DNA of 64,000 nt from Camelus dromedarius (lineage: Eukaryota), in the NCBI RefSeq assembly GCF_036321535.1, contig NC_087436.1, forward strand, positions 99,822,001 through 99,886,000, given 5' to 3'. The notes under the pieces were generated by a model. The model did no database searches. It was given only the letters and a program-made list of their open reading frames with translations, and was not told the origin of the DNA. The translations under genes were made by a program, and so were the position numbers. Shown piece by piece: positions 26,451-39,837 of the stretch. Every line of letters starts with the position of its first letter. Within the stretch, counting starts at the first letter, position 1.

Positions 26451-28909
26451 GCATATATACCAGAGCAGGTCAGTTATGTAGTACTATACATGCAATATCC
26501 CAAACTATAAATAAGTGTAAATCTGAGTTTGAGTCTTAAAATATACTCCCTCCTGTTTTTTGGGCTTTTGTCTCTGTTTCCATGTTAACAGAAGACATCA
26601 TACCAGAGTATATTGCCACTGGGACCATCAGAGTCATCCTTACTGTCAGAGAATACAAACCCACTGACCAGACATTCTTTATTAAGCTGCTAGGATTTAT
26701 GGATTTTAAGTTTTGAGGTCTTTGTGCTACTTTATTACAAATTCAGCAGCTTTATCAGAATCAGGTTCAAAAGCAGGAAGCATGTTTGATTTCATTTAAC
26801 AGTGTTTCTGACATTGAAATGTGATGAAATGACAGCACAGGAAACAGAAATCATATTTTGGCTTTGGGTAAGAACAACAGGAGGAAAAGACACTATGGTT
26901 GCCTTTAATATTTCTGTTTCTTTTAACTCTTTGAATATTTTGAATGGTACGTAATCTTATGAAAGAAAAGCAATCAAAATTCTAAGAAAATTTTGGATTT
27001 GTTTCAAATTGAGAGACTAAATAGTGTAAAGAAATAAAGAGAAAAGAAAGTGACTAATTATTCCAGAATTACATTTTCAGTGCTGTATTGAATGCTCCTT
27101 AAAATGGCAGGCAGACATCTGATTGAGAGGAAAAGAAATTTTTCCTTGTAAACTTCAGCATTTGATGTCCAGTGAAAAGACAAAGTAGGTTAACAGCTCA
27201 GGCTTCTTCGAATGACTAATGACAATGTCAGATCTATTTTAGGAGATATCACTGTTGCTAAAGTATCTTGTGGCTCATGAGTTCTTTTATTGGAAATACA
27301 CAAAGAAAAGCAGTGATCAAGGTCACCATTCACTGTGAACACCAAACAATGTAATGACATGGACTATTGGAAACTTCGAACATTTTATCAAGCAGGAAAA
27401 ATTGAATTACTGAGAACAAGAATACCGTGAAACATCAACAACCAAGAAGAATAATTTTAAAATGCTAGACTAGCGTATTTTGAACATCACATTCTTCACC
27501 CTTTTGGCCAAGCAGACATGTGGGAGAAGTGAATTAATCACAAATACACTATGCATTAGTCACTTTTCGAAGTGGTTAGTGTTTGATATTAATAAGTAAC
27601 ATTTTCCCTGGTTAGACTCCTAAAACGTGCACAAAGTCACCTGCTGTACACATTATTTGTTCATTGGACAATGAAGTCTCAGGCTATTGAGGATAATCTA
27701 ATTCATTGAAGAGGGGGAAATGCAAATAGAAATTTAAGGGAAAGAACACAAATTATATTAATAAATATAAGCATCAGATATAGTAAAATAAGACAATTTT
27801 TGCAAAGAATTAATAGAAAAAGGGAGGGCATTGCTTCCTATTATATTAGTCCCTTTAAGGCATAATTTTCACATTATAAATATTCCATATTATTCCAATT
27901 TTAGACCTATACTTATAAAGTTTTAATTCTTTTAGGGATTAACAATTTTAAGACGTTTGTTTAAAAATACTTTACTGAAATTTAATTAGCTATTTATTTT
28001 GCATACTTTTTATTTAATAAACCAATAAATAAGAAATCCAGAAATATTAAAGAAAAAAATTAAACAAGAAGTTTCTTTCTCCATTTCCATATTTAAATTT
28101 AAATTTTTAAAATCTCATTAGATTATTTGGTATTCATTTTGTGCAAAGATATTATTTGAATTTATATAATAAATAAATCACTATAGATTAAGGTTTCCAT
28201 TCTTTTAGTTTTACTTTGTCTCAACTTCTAATTTCTTTATGGAGCAATACTATATTCTCTCTATTATTTCTTTTTATCTTTCCCATTACTCTTTTAAAAA
28301 CATTTTTATAATATCAATATATAGGGTGTACTTTTTTTAAATCTAGTTTGATATTTAGCTTACATCTATCTCTGTTATATTTTATTTAATCTATTTTAAT
28401 TACTATATTTAATATTTATAGTTTTAAATAAATCATAAGCAGTATGGCTCCTACTTCATACTTCTTCAACAATCTAACTTTTTTATCCAGTATTTAAATT
28501 ACCACTTTAAGGGTTTATCATTAAAAAAAAAATCCTTCAGAAAGATGCGTCTAATTTTCAACTGTAAAAATTGAGGTTTTAAATATTTGTAGATGGATGG
28601 ATTTGACCCAATAATGCACATAAAAATCTAACATATACACATAAATGAAAACTTAATTTTTTTATGTTATTATTGTCTCTATTTCTTTGTAATATAGCAA
28701 ACCTTTAAAAACTGTGCAGTAAGTATATTTTAGTATTTTTGATGTCATATGTTCTTGAGATTTTACTCCTATCAAAATTGTGTATGTATCAAAAATTAGT
28801 CATCTCATAATGCAAGTAATTTTAATTGATAAATTCATGATAAATAATCATATATCATTTTAACAATGTTGTCATTAATTTCTGTGCAATGGGGCAACTT
28901 GGGTTTCTC

Positions 28910-29240
28910 TTGATTAGAATAAGCTAGGCTAGCTATGCTAACAAACATAAATAATGTTTAACAAAACAAATGGTTATTTATTGGTGTTGAGTGTTATAAA
29001 TTCTTCTCTGGATCCCAGCAATTCTCTAGGGCAATTCCTCCCGTTAAAGACTCAGCACTTCAAATTGAGCAACTCCATTTCCTCCTTGGGTACCCTTCAT
29101 ATTACCTTTGCGGGAAAAGCAAATGCATAGATAATTGAGCATTTTACTGCCTGAGCTCAGAATGATCTACATCCTTCCTGCTCACATTTTATTGACCAGT
29201 ATTTCCCATAATTTTGCACAACTTAAATTAGGGCTGAAAA
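28910..29240 (-). mobile_element. Old MLT1 (K/L-like) LTR remnant
   Basis: ttagaataagctaggctagctatgctaacaaac...tttaacaaaacaaatggttattt...ctcacattttattgacc. Confidence 0.45.
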
Positions 29241-29269
29241 TATAGATGTTTTGGTTTTTCATCTGTTCT

Positions 29270-31085
29270 GAAAAACTATTTTTTCAGTTAGTATATGGAA
29301 TCTAATAACATTAATTTAATTATAGAAATTGCTTGATTTATATATCTTCCAGTTCATTTGTTTCCTGTTTTTTGTTTGTTTCTTCTTTTCTTCCTTTTTT
29401 TGGATTATTTGAATATTTTTGAAAGTACACTTTATTTATTGACTTTATAGCTGTACCTCTTTGTTATTTTTCAGTAATTTATCTAGAAATTAAAATATAT
29501 ATTCTAAAATTTTCCCAGTCTTCTTAGAATTCAGTAAGCAAATTTGAAAACATATAGGCCAATTTAGCATCCCCATTTCATTTCATCCTTTATGCTTTAG
29601 ATATAATGTAAATAAGCTCAATAAAAATATTTTTGTTTTATAGGATATAGGTATAATGAAATGCAGATGAAATTTTAATTTTTAATTTACTAGATATTTG
29701 TCAGAGCTAATATATTTATTACTTTATGAGTATTAAAATTTCTCCTTGGTACCATTTCCTTTCGATCTAAAAAACCATCTTTAGTATTTCTTGTATTGCA
29801 GGTCTCCTGGCCACAAATTTTCTTGTTTTTGTTTACCTCAAAATATGTCTATTTCCATTACTGAAGGATTTTTTTTGCTGGATATAAAATTTTTGACTTT
29901 AAAATTTTATTTTTTTGAATATTTTAAAGATGTATATTTTCTGGTCTCTATTGTTATCAATGAGAAATTAAGTCATTAGAATTGTGGTTCCCTTGTATAT
30001 AAGCTTATTTTCCTCTGATTAATTTCAAGACATTTTATTTATCTTTGGTTTCAAGTATTTTGTCTGTAATGAGACTAAGCATGGTTTTCTTTATATTTAC
30101 CTTTCATGGAATCTGCTGAGCTTCTTCAATATATAGATGATATCTTTCACAAAACTGTGATAATTTCGGGTTGTAATTTCTGATACTCTTTTTTTCTTCT
30201 TTCTATGGAAATCTAATTACATACATGTTGGAGTTACTGATATTGTCCCACAGATTACCGTGGCTCTTCATTTTTTTCAATATCTTATTATCTTTATTTT
30301 CACATAGTATAATTTATATTTAACTATCTTCAAGTTTGCTAATTCTTTTTACTGACATCTCCATTCTGCTATTAAGCCTATCTAGTAATGTTTAAAGGTC
30401 TGGTATTATGTTTTCCAGTTCTAGAATTCCTTTCCTGCTAATTTTTAAAGTATGATTTCTGTGCTATTCCCTATCTCCTTATTCATTACAAGCATATTTT
30501 CCTTTATTCCATTTAGCAATATTCCATTTAGCATCATTATAACAGCTGTTTTTAAAAGTTTTTCTCTGATAATTCCAAAATATCAAGATTGATTTTTATT
30601 GATTTTATTTTCTCTTAGGAATGGGCTACATTCCCCTAGATCTTATTTGTCGAGTAATTTTGGATTGTACACAAAATGTTATGTAAAGTTTAGATCATAC
30701 TCAGTTTCTCCCATGAGTGTTGATATTGTGGTTTTAACTGGCTATTAACTTGGTTGTATACAAACTGAAAATTCTGTCTTGTACAGGAGCTCATATCTCA
30801 GTTAAGTGTCTTTTTTTTTTTTTCCCTTGAGCTGTGTTGTTAATAGTCTTTTCATGCATGATGGTGCTGGGTCAGACAGAGGTTTATACAGTATTTATAT
30901 ATAAAAGTTTGGCTCCTCTCTTTGGCTCTCCATTTTCTACTATTTTTATCCTACATACTTTTGGTGGTAGTTGTCCTAATCTCTGTCCTCTTGCCTTTAA
31001 ATCCCAGAAGACTGTGAGTCATCAAGCTGTAACCAGCCAACGAAAGATGACTGCAGCATGCCCACAGGCATTGCAAATAATAATA

Positions 31086-31141
<56 letters not shown>

Positions 31142-31360
31142 TACTTAAAAACAGAAGAAAGAAAAAAGGGAGTGGTGGTGGTGGAGTATATCACATACTG
31201 TCCATCCAAGATTTTCCTTCCTCCCAGAATCTACGTACTTTTGTTCACATTTCAAAGTCTTTAGATAGTTTGTTGTATGTAATATAAAGTTTATAGTTGT
31301 TATGTGCAAGAGTGTTGGCCTGTTTGGAACTTACTCAGCCATACTAAAAGTGGAAACCAG
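29270..31360 (-). mobile_element. Ancient L1ME/HAL1-type 5' region and ORF1 remnant
   Basis: gcaggtctcctggccacaaattttctt...gaaggattttttttgctggatataaaatt...aatgagaaattaagtc...ctgctgagcttcttcaat is an antisense L1 ORF1 pattern. Confidence 0.7.
31076..31139 (+). repeat. (TAA)n microsatellite
   Basis: Directly visible. Confidence 0.95.
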
Positions 31361-32906
31361 TGTAGACTTCTTTGTGCATAAAAGGGAAGATAAAATGAAT
31401 ATTGGTGTATGTTGGTGATACTGTCTTCCAAAACTTGGTTCAGTTTATCCCAAAATCTTTTACTATAAGAATTGCAGAAGTTCTTGTTCAAGATAAATTG
31501 ATGATAAAGTGTTTTTTCCCAGTTAGAACTAACATTTGGGGAAGTGCACAGAAATAGGTATTAAATAATCTTTGTTATATCAGTACTCCGTAAAGATTAA
31601 ATAAAGCATAATAATTTTTATCTAAAAATTGACAGTAATTTCTTGAATTTGCTAATTGGATTCACTAAGTAAAAGTATCTAAAATATTAGGTCAATACCA
31701 CATTTTAATTTGGTAATTAATGTACTAAAATATGAGATAACTTTACTATATAATTGCTTGAGAGCTCATTTTGACATCTTTTACTACAGATTTAGAACTG
31801 AAAGAATATGAATATATTCTTTCTGGTAGTAAGCCAGAAGCTCAAAGCAAGCATTCCTCCTTCTTTGAATAAAACAGTAAGAATGAGTTCCTAAAGACAC
31901 AATAATTCTCAGAGACAGGAATTTTATTCAGTCAAATATAGCTAATGAAATGGATAACCACAATTGTACTCTAGTTCTCAAATATACAAAGAATTTGTTT
32001 TGTCAAAATTAAGTTGGTTATAAAGTAATGTTCTACAAGGTGATATTAAAACACGTATTAACTTGTTACTAAAAATGAAATACATATGATTTAATATAAT
32101 AAATACGTTCAAAATGCCCTCCATTTGTCTCTTCTGATTGTATATACTAACAACTGAAAAGAATACCTTTAACTTAGAGTACAATTCACTAAAAAGAACT
32201 AAAGTAAATCAAATTAAGAGACAAAGTAAAATTAAATGACTTGTTAGCCCATATAGAATTATTTATTGACTCTAAGGTAGGTTTTAAAGTATGTTAAACA
32301 TATTAATAAGGCAAAAACCACTTTATTATAAAGATCAAACTTTCATTTAAAAAATCAGCTTAAGCTTTGTTGTATTTTAAATACATTTTCTTTTTTTTCC
32401 CCTCAGGGTTTCCCAAGGCCATATATATTGATTAATTTCTTTGAAGTATAATTTTATTTTGGCTATAAAATATTTATAAAAGAGAGTTTTATAGTAAATG
32501 TAGCCATGAAGAGGTATTTTTACACTTTGGAGTTTTACATCTACTAATACATTATTTCTGAAAAGTGGCTTAATCTGATAGTTTTTATCTATGCTACTTG
32601 GTCTTAATTTATATTTTTTTAGTTCGTGGGATATTAAATAAGTCAGTCATCCTAAGAAATTTGTGAGACCAACTAAAGACAGCTAGATCACTGTATAACT
32701 AACACTCACACATATTACGTATGCAAACATTGTGGCAGAAAAATTCTAAGATGGTTTCCAATGACTCCCACCTTTTTGTGTTCCAGAACAGGAGCAGTGG
32801 CAGCCCAGACCACAACAAAGCATTGCTTATAATGCTCATATCTTAACAGTTTTCAAAACCATTGGGACCTAAAATTATGGACTCCAACTCATCTTTTCTT
32901 CATTAT

Positions 32907-33316
32907 TCTGGCTGGCAGAATAATGCCCAAGTCCTAATTCCCAGAACCTTTGATATGTCATGGGACATGGGACTTTCCAGATATGATTAAGTTTAGGGCT
33001 TCATCTGGTAGGCCTAATGTCACCATAAAGGCCTTTATAAGAGGAAGGCTGGGTTGGGGGGAGGTCATAGTTAGTAGAAGAGGATGTGATAGGTGTAAGA
33101 TGTTGGAGTTATATGAAGAAGGGAGTCAAGGAACGCAGGCAGCCTCTAGAAGCTGGAAAAGGCCGGGACATAATTCTTCCTTGAAACCTTCTGAAGCAGC
33201 CTTATAGCCTTGATTTTAGCGTTTTGACCTCCAGAACTCCGACAGAACAATTTTGTGGTATCTTACACCACTAAGTTTAAAGTAATTTGTTACCACAGCA
33301 ATACGAAACCAATACA
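32907..33316 (+). mobile_element. MLT1D-like MaLR LTR
   Basis: ggcagaataatgccc...gggactttccagatatgattaag...gcagcctctagaagctggaaaagg...gacctccagaact...ttgttaccacagcaatacgaaaccaataca. Confidence 0.85.
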
Positions 33317-33339
33317 AGCAGTGACTACTCTGGCTGAAT

Positions 33340-33885
33340 AGGTATATATAACATATGAACTAGGAATTCTAGTCACACTTGTATGCCCAGACTATTTACC
33401 AATGATATGTATTAGAATTTTTATAACAGTAGTATGTAAATATCAAAACTACAAATATATTATAAATCCATCAGAAAATCAAGCATTACCTCAGGAATAT
33501 CCATAAAATGAAATGTTATAAATCAAAGATAAAAATACATACCATCGATACACCCAACAATATGGATGACTCTCACAAGCAGCATATTAAGAAAGAGATG
33601 TTAGGTCAATCATGTATGATTTAATTTATTAAGAAAAAAAACCTTTAGAAACAGAAAAGTAGCCTCTGGTGTTTGAGGTAAAGGTAGTGGTTTCCTTAGT
33701 GAGTTGTAAGTGGCTGGGTAAGATCATAAAGGGGCTTCTTGGGTATTGAGACTATTCCATTTTATAATTTTGGTGGTGGTAACTTAAGTTGGTTTACTCT
33801 GTAAATTTATCAAGCTGCAAATATATGACTCATGTGATTTTCTGTATATGTTACACTTCAGTAGGGAGTTCACTTAAAAAAAAAA
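33340..33885 (+). mobile_element. L1ME-type 3' end
   Basis: aacaatatggatgactctcacaagca...ggtgtttgaggtaaaggtagtggtt...ttttctgtatatgttacacttca plus polyA. Confidence 0.65.
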
Positions 33886-33929
33886 AAGTGAGACTATTTG
33901 CATTAAACAGCACTCTCTAATCCCTCATT

Positions 33930-34170
33930 AAAAGAGTTGAAGGAGAATTCAATTAAACCAGATTGTCTCAGTTTGGGCACAGCATTATGTAGCTGGCTGT
34001 CACCTAGTCATAGGCTAACCTATCAATCATGGTGCTTGGTTCAGTTACCCTGTTCTGGTTCAACCAACTATAAACTAAACAGAGGACACAGTGCACTTAC
34101 AGGAAGAACTGTGAGGAGAAAAATGTACCTTAAAAAGGAACTGCAGGATGTCTGACTGGAAATGTTATTA
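33930..34170 (+). mobile_element. MIR SINE, diverged
   Basis: aattaaaccagattgtctcagtttg...tgtagctggctgtcacctag...aacctatcaatc. Confidence 0.45.
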
Positions 34171-34969
34171 TAATGTTTCAACAAAAGAACCTTATATAAT
34201 CACAATATAATCATATATTATATAATCATCAAATTTGATGATCTGAGCTTTTGAAAGAAACTTTTTTAAAGCTTTTGCCACCCTAATTAAGGTGATTTGG
34301 AAGCAGTAACTTTAATGTTGATCATTAAGCATGACAGTAGATGGTAAACAAGAGATGCTGAGAAACCCAGAAGTCCCTGCTGTTAATTCAAAAGCAATAT
34401 GTTTGAAATAAAATCATTGGGACAAAGGTTCTTCTGACAGGACAAGGTGATCTGGCAGGTAGGTAAGAATAAATGGTCTTGTTACCCCTGGTGTACCTTA
34501 ATTATTAATTAGGGCTCAACATTTAGTGTCCATTCTGCATTTTCCTACTTCTCAGAAATCATGACATACAAAGTTTACTACAGTAAAATATAATTAATTG
34601 GAAATAAAGAAAGTGAGTATTTTCAAATAATATGGTTAAATCCACTGATAATAAAATCACCAAATTATGTCTTATTTGTTAAAAAATGGCAGTGTTTAAT
34701 TAGTTGAGCTGCAGTTATTGTGGCCTAAGATGATAAACTGCAAGCTTATTACTTCAAAAAAAATGGAATACAAAATTAAATTATTTTCATACTGTTTTAC
34801 TTAAAGAATAGAAGTTTAAAACTTTTAAAATGTCTGTAAAGTGTTAATTGCTATTGTTTACTTTCAATATACTTCTAATGAGTAAAACTAGAAGGAGGTG
34901 AATAGACCTCTTTTGTTGTTTTGTTCAGGGGATTTTGGGGAATAAATGAGGCATTTCAGTTAGTACGCT

Positions 34970-35548
34970 AGATCAAAACTTTTTTCAAAATAATAGCAAG
35001 ATAAGATTTACTTTTTGTTTTCACTTTTATTATCTCACAAGTGTGCAGTAGAGTTTACCAGAGGCTACAACACATGAACGTCTAAGAGACTGAATGCAGA
35101 GGCAGACACAAGAATGCAGTTATCTTTATTGAGTCAGACAGAAGAGATCTGTTTAAGTTTAAAATACCACTCTCCTCAGTTTTTGTTTTGTGAAGAGCAG
35201 TTATTTTTCCAAATTATACTAATAAGAAATGCTATTTCTTTGTTATTATTATTCGCTATTTTATTATCTATTGCTATTTATAAATTTATCTATTTAGTAT
35301 TACTTATTACATAATTTATAAATTTATTTTAAATTAATTTTTCTATTTATTAATTTTTATTATTGCTATTTATAAATTAATGTATTTATTATTGCTGTTT
35401 ATAAATTAATATTTTTATTTTTATTTTTATAGTCCAATACAGTGAATATCAATTGATATAACCAATTAATAAAAAGCTATTTAGGGATCCTCAATAATTC
35501 TTAAGAATGCATAGGGATCTTGTGACCAGAATGTTTGAAAACAAGTAG
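34970..35548 (+). mobile_element. Charlie1b-like hAT non-autonomous DNA transposon with an internal AT-rich tandem expansion
   Basis: gagtttaccagaggctaca...gactgaatgcagaggcagac...aaaagctatttagggatcctcaataattcttaag...gaccagaatgtttgaaaac. Confidence 0.75.
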
Positions 35549-36489
35549 ACTAGGACTCTGCCACTAGAGCACTGCCCTGATAATTTTGACCTGTTAATTT
35601 ATATAGACTTTGTCTTATTTCTTGAGCTCTCTCAGCCTCTATCTGCACTGTATAATTCCTGTTAATTCTAAGCTAAACTTCTTTTCATAATTACACAATT
35701 TTGTTGTTCCCATTCCCATAGAATGATTAGGTCAGATACTTGGTTTTGGCACTCTCAAATTCCATTTCCATCTTTTCTACAGAAACACTGGAAGAATTCT
35801 GAATTCCTCACTATAGTGGAGATTAATTTGTCCTACCAAATCCATTTTCCCTCTTATCACAGGACTATAAGTTTAAGGCAATAGATGGTCGTGGGACTCT
35901 CACTAGTATAATATGATAGTGACCTCTGTTTTGTTTAAAAGATACTTTTTCTGCATTTTCCCGCTTCAACTTTTCTTCATGCCACTTGTGAATGAGAGCA
36001 ATCACCCTTGGTAGCCATGTCCTGTATCAGAATTGTCCACTATGCTGACTAGAGACCAGTGACTCACCAAGGAATGTAATAAATAGGCAAAGGAAATGAA
36101 CTATGTTCCTCAGCTGTTGTATTTCTGGGTTTTATTGTTTCAGTGGTTCTACTTTTATTTTTTTGTAATAAATGTGCTTGAAGAGTAAGAGGACTTCAAA
36201 TAAGTACTTAAAGTAAATCTCAAATTATAAATAAAAGTTTTACCAGAAGTATGCAAACATACTGATACCAAAAGGACTTTTCAAAATAATGTTAATGAGA
36301 AAAAGAAAAGTTACTGGACCCAAGCCCAATATTAAAAGGATAACGAAAGAATGTATCAATAGATTCAGTTGGGATGGAACTCTTATTCAGGATTAAGTAC
36401 AAATTACCCAAAAAAAAACCCAAAACCAAAAAACAAAAAACCAGGCTGGAGATGCTAGTGGAGCATGTGGGTCCTTTTCTCAGAAAAAT

Positions 36490-36720
36490 CATCTGACAAC
36501 CTGACTCCTTACCTGTCTTACTCTGCCTGTTTTACTCTATATCATTCACCAACTTCCACATAGTATATATTTTCTTATTTGGTTATTATCTCTCCATTAC
36601 TGGAATATAAACTCCTGAGGGCAGAGAATTTATTTTTTGTTAACCGCTAACTCCTGATTAACCTAGTAAGTGTCACATAGAGATGCCCAATAAGTATTTT
36701 ATTACATGAACAAATATTTT
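36490..36720 (+). mobile_element. L2 3' end
   Basis: tctctccattactggaatataaactcctgagggcagaga...gtgtcacatagagatgcccaataagtattt. Confidence 0.75.
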
Positions 36721-36829
36721 AATTTCACATAACACAGTGTGCCTTATTTTTTTTTGTCACTGTCACACTTCTATTTGTCATTTTTTGCACATGTGTGTTA
36801 ATGTGATTATCTTAATAAGGCACATCACA

Positions 36830-36881
36830 CTCAATAAATCGTTAAGCTCCAAGGGGGCATGAATTGTGCTTATTTTGTTCA

Positions 36882-36918
<37 letters not shown>

Positions 36919-36976
36919 AACACATTATATAACTGGTATACATGAGAGTTTCAATACAGATTTGTTGAGTGACTGA
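36830..36976 (+). mobile_element. L2 3' end containing an (AT)n tract at 36888-36916
   Basis: gttaagctccaagggggcatgaattgtgcttattttgttc...tcaatacagatttgttgagtgactga. Confidence 0.7.
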
Positions 36977-37094
36977 AAAGACTCCCTGGACTACTTGAGG
37001 TGAGAATAAGATGATTTTCTTCCTACAGTTTCTGGAAGAGTGTGACTTGGTAAATATTAAGTTTAAAGGCAGCTCTTTAATAAAGCAAAGCTTT

Positions 37095-39830
37095 TGGGGT
37101 AGGATTCACTCTATTGGTGGTGTACAATCTGTGGGTTTGTACAAACATATAATGACATGTAGCCCTCATTACAGTCTCATTCAGAATAATTTTACTGCCT
37201 GAAAAAAGCCCTGTGGTCTGCCTATTCTTGCCTTTCCTTCACCTAACTCCTGAAAGCCATTGTTTTTTAAATTGTCTCCATAGGTTTTTTTCCAGTATGT
37301 CATAAAGATGCAATATACAGCCTTTTCAGATCAACTTTTTTAAACTTAATAATATGCATTTAAATCCCCCATGTCTTTTCATGCCTTGATATCTCATATC
37401 TTTTTAGCATAGAATAATATTCCATTATTATTGAAATATTATAATATTTGACTTCATTAAAATAAAAAAGTTCTGCTCTGTGAAAAACAATGTCAAGAAA
37501 ATGAGGAAGACAGGTTGCAGACTGGGAGAAAATATTTGCAAAACACTCATCTGACAAAAAAACGTTGTATTAACTTTTTTTAACTTGATAACATGCATTT
37601 AAATCCCCCATGTCTTTTCATGGCTTGATATCTCATATCTTTTTAGTGTAGAATAATATTCCATTATAATTGGAATATTACTACAATATTGGACTGGTTA
37701 TACCACAGTTTATTTATCCTTTCACCTACTAAAGGACATCTTAATTGCTTCCAAGTTTTGGTAATTATGAATAAAGCTGCTATAAACATCCATATGCAGG
37801 TTTTTGTATGGACATAAATTTTCAGTTCCTTTGAGTAAATACCAATGAATGGGATTGCTGGACTGAATAAGAAGAGTAAGTGTTTTGTAAGAAAGCAACT
37901 ATCTTCCAAAGTGGCTGTGCCATTTTGCATATCCAATAGCAAAGAATAAGAATTCCTGCTGCTCCATTTATTTTTCAACGTTTGTATTGTCAGTATTCTA
38001 GATCTGGACCATTCTTAGTAGGTGTGTAGTGGTGTCTCATTGTTTAATTTGCATTTTGCTGATGATAGACAATGTGGAGCCTCTTTTCATATGCTTATTA
38101 CCATATGCATATCTTCTTTGTGAGATGTCTGTTAAGATCTGTGGCCTATTTTTTAATCATGTTGTTTGTTTTTTTATTGTTGAGTTTTAAGATTTCATTA
38201 TGTGTTTTGGACAGTAGTTTGTTTGTTTTTTAATCAGATGAGTGTTTTACAGATATTTTCTCCCAGTCTGCAACTTGTCTTCCTCATTTTCTTCACATTG
38301 TTTTTTACAGAACAGAAATTTCTTTTTTATTTTAATGAAGTCCAGTTTATCAACTCTTTATTTCAAGGGTCATTCATTAGGTGTAGTATCTAAAAAGTCA
38401 TAGCCAAACCCAGTATCCTCTAAGTTTTCTCCTAAATTATCTTCTTGGAATTTCATAGTTTTTGTGTTTTATGTTTAGGTCTGTGATCCACTTTGAGTTA
38501 ATTTTATTGAGGATTAAAGTCTGTGTCTAGATTCTTTTTTTTTTTTTTTTCATGTGTATATTGAGTTGTTCCAGCCTCATTTGTTGAGGAGACTGTCTGT
38601 GTTCTATTGTATTACCTCCACTGCCTTACTGCCTTGTCAAAGATCAGTTGACTGCATTTATGAGGATCTATTTCTGGGCTCTCTATTCTGCTCCATTGAT
38701 ACATCTATCTATTCTTTCACTAAAATCATGCTGTCTTAGTTATTAAAGCTTTATAGTAAGTCTTGAAGTTGAGTAGTGTCAGTCCTTCAATTTTGTTCTT
38801 TTCCTTTAATCTTATTTTGGCTATTCTGCGTCTTCAACCTCTCCACTAGAATCAGTTTGTCAGTATCCACAAAATGATGTGCTGGGATTTGATTAAGATT
38901 ACACTAAATTTGTAGGTCAAATTGGGAAAAACTACATCTTGACAATATTGGATCTTCCCATCCATAAACATGAAATATTTTTCCATTTATTTAGTTCTTT
39001 GGTTCCATTCATCAGAGATTTTTAGTCTTCCTAATTTATATCTTGTACATATTTTGTTATATTTATTCCCAAGTATTTCATTTTGGGGGTAGATGACGTA
39101 AATGGTATTGTGCTTTTAATTTCAAATTCCGTTTGTTCGTGGCTGGTATATAGAAAAGTGATTGACTTTTGTGTGTTAACCTTGTATCCTGAAACCCTGC
39201 TATAATTGCTTATTAGTTCCAGGAGTGTTTTTGTTTAATGTTTCAGATTCAGAAGCCGTTTTATCATCTGTGAACAAAGACAGTTTTATCTCTTCCTTTG
39301 CAATCTGTATCCATTTTTTTGTGTGTGTTATTGAATTAGCTTGGTGTTCCAGTGTGATGTTGAAAAGCAATGGTGACAAGGGATATCCTTGCTTGTACCT
39401 GATCTCAGTAGGAAGGCTTTAAGAGTCTCACCATTAGAAATGATATTAGCTTTAGGGTTTTTTGTAGATATTCTGTATTAAGTTGGGGATGTTTCTCTTT
39501 ATTGCTAGTTTACTGAGAGCTTTTATCATGAGTAAGTGTCAGAATTTGTCAAATACTTTTTCTGCAACTACTGATACAATTGTGCAATTTTCCTTTTTTA
39601 GTCTGTTGATATATTTCATTCCATTGTTATTCCTTATTTATGCTTTAATGTCCATGGGATTTGTAGTCATGGCCTCCCTTTTTTCTGATTTAATAATTGT
39701 GTGCTCTTTATTTTTCCCTTAGTTAACTTGGCTAGAAGCTTATCAATTTTATTAATCTTTTCAAAACATTAGCTTTTGGTTTTGTTGATTTTCTCTATTC
39801 TTTTGATTAAGGTTAGCATGGCATATCTTT
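37095..39830 (-). mobile_element. L1MC-type LINE-1 (3' UTR plus ORF2 C-terminal half, with deletions and an internal rearrangement)
   Basis: 3' UTR ggattcactctattggtggtgtacaatctgtgggtttg; ORF 37664-37978 ...PAIPFIGIYSKELKIYVHTKTCIWMFIAALFIITKTWKQLRCP; RT-region homology near 39300-39560. Confidence 0.92.
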
Positions 39831-39837
39831 TCTAATC

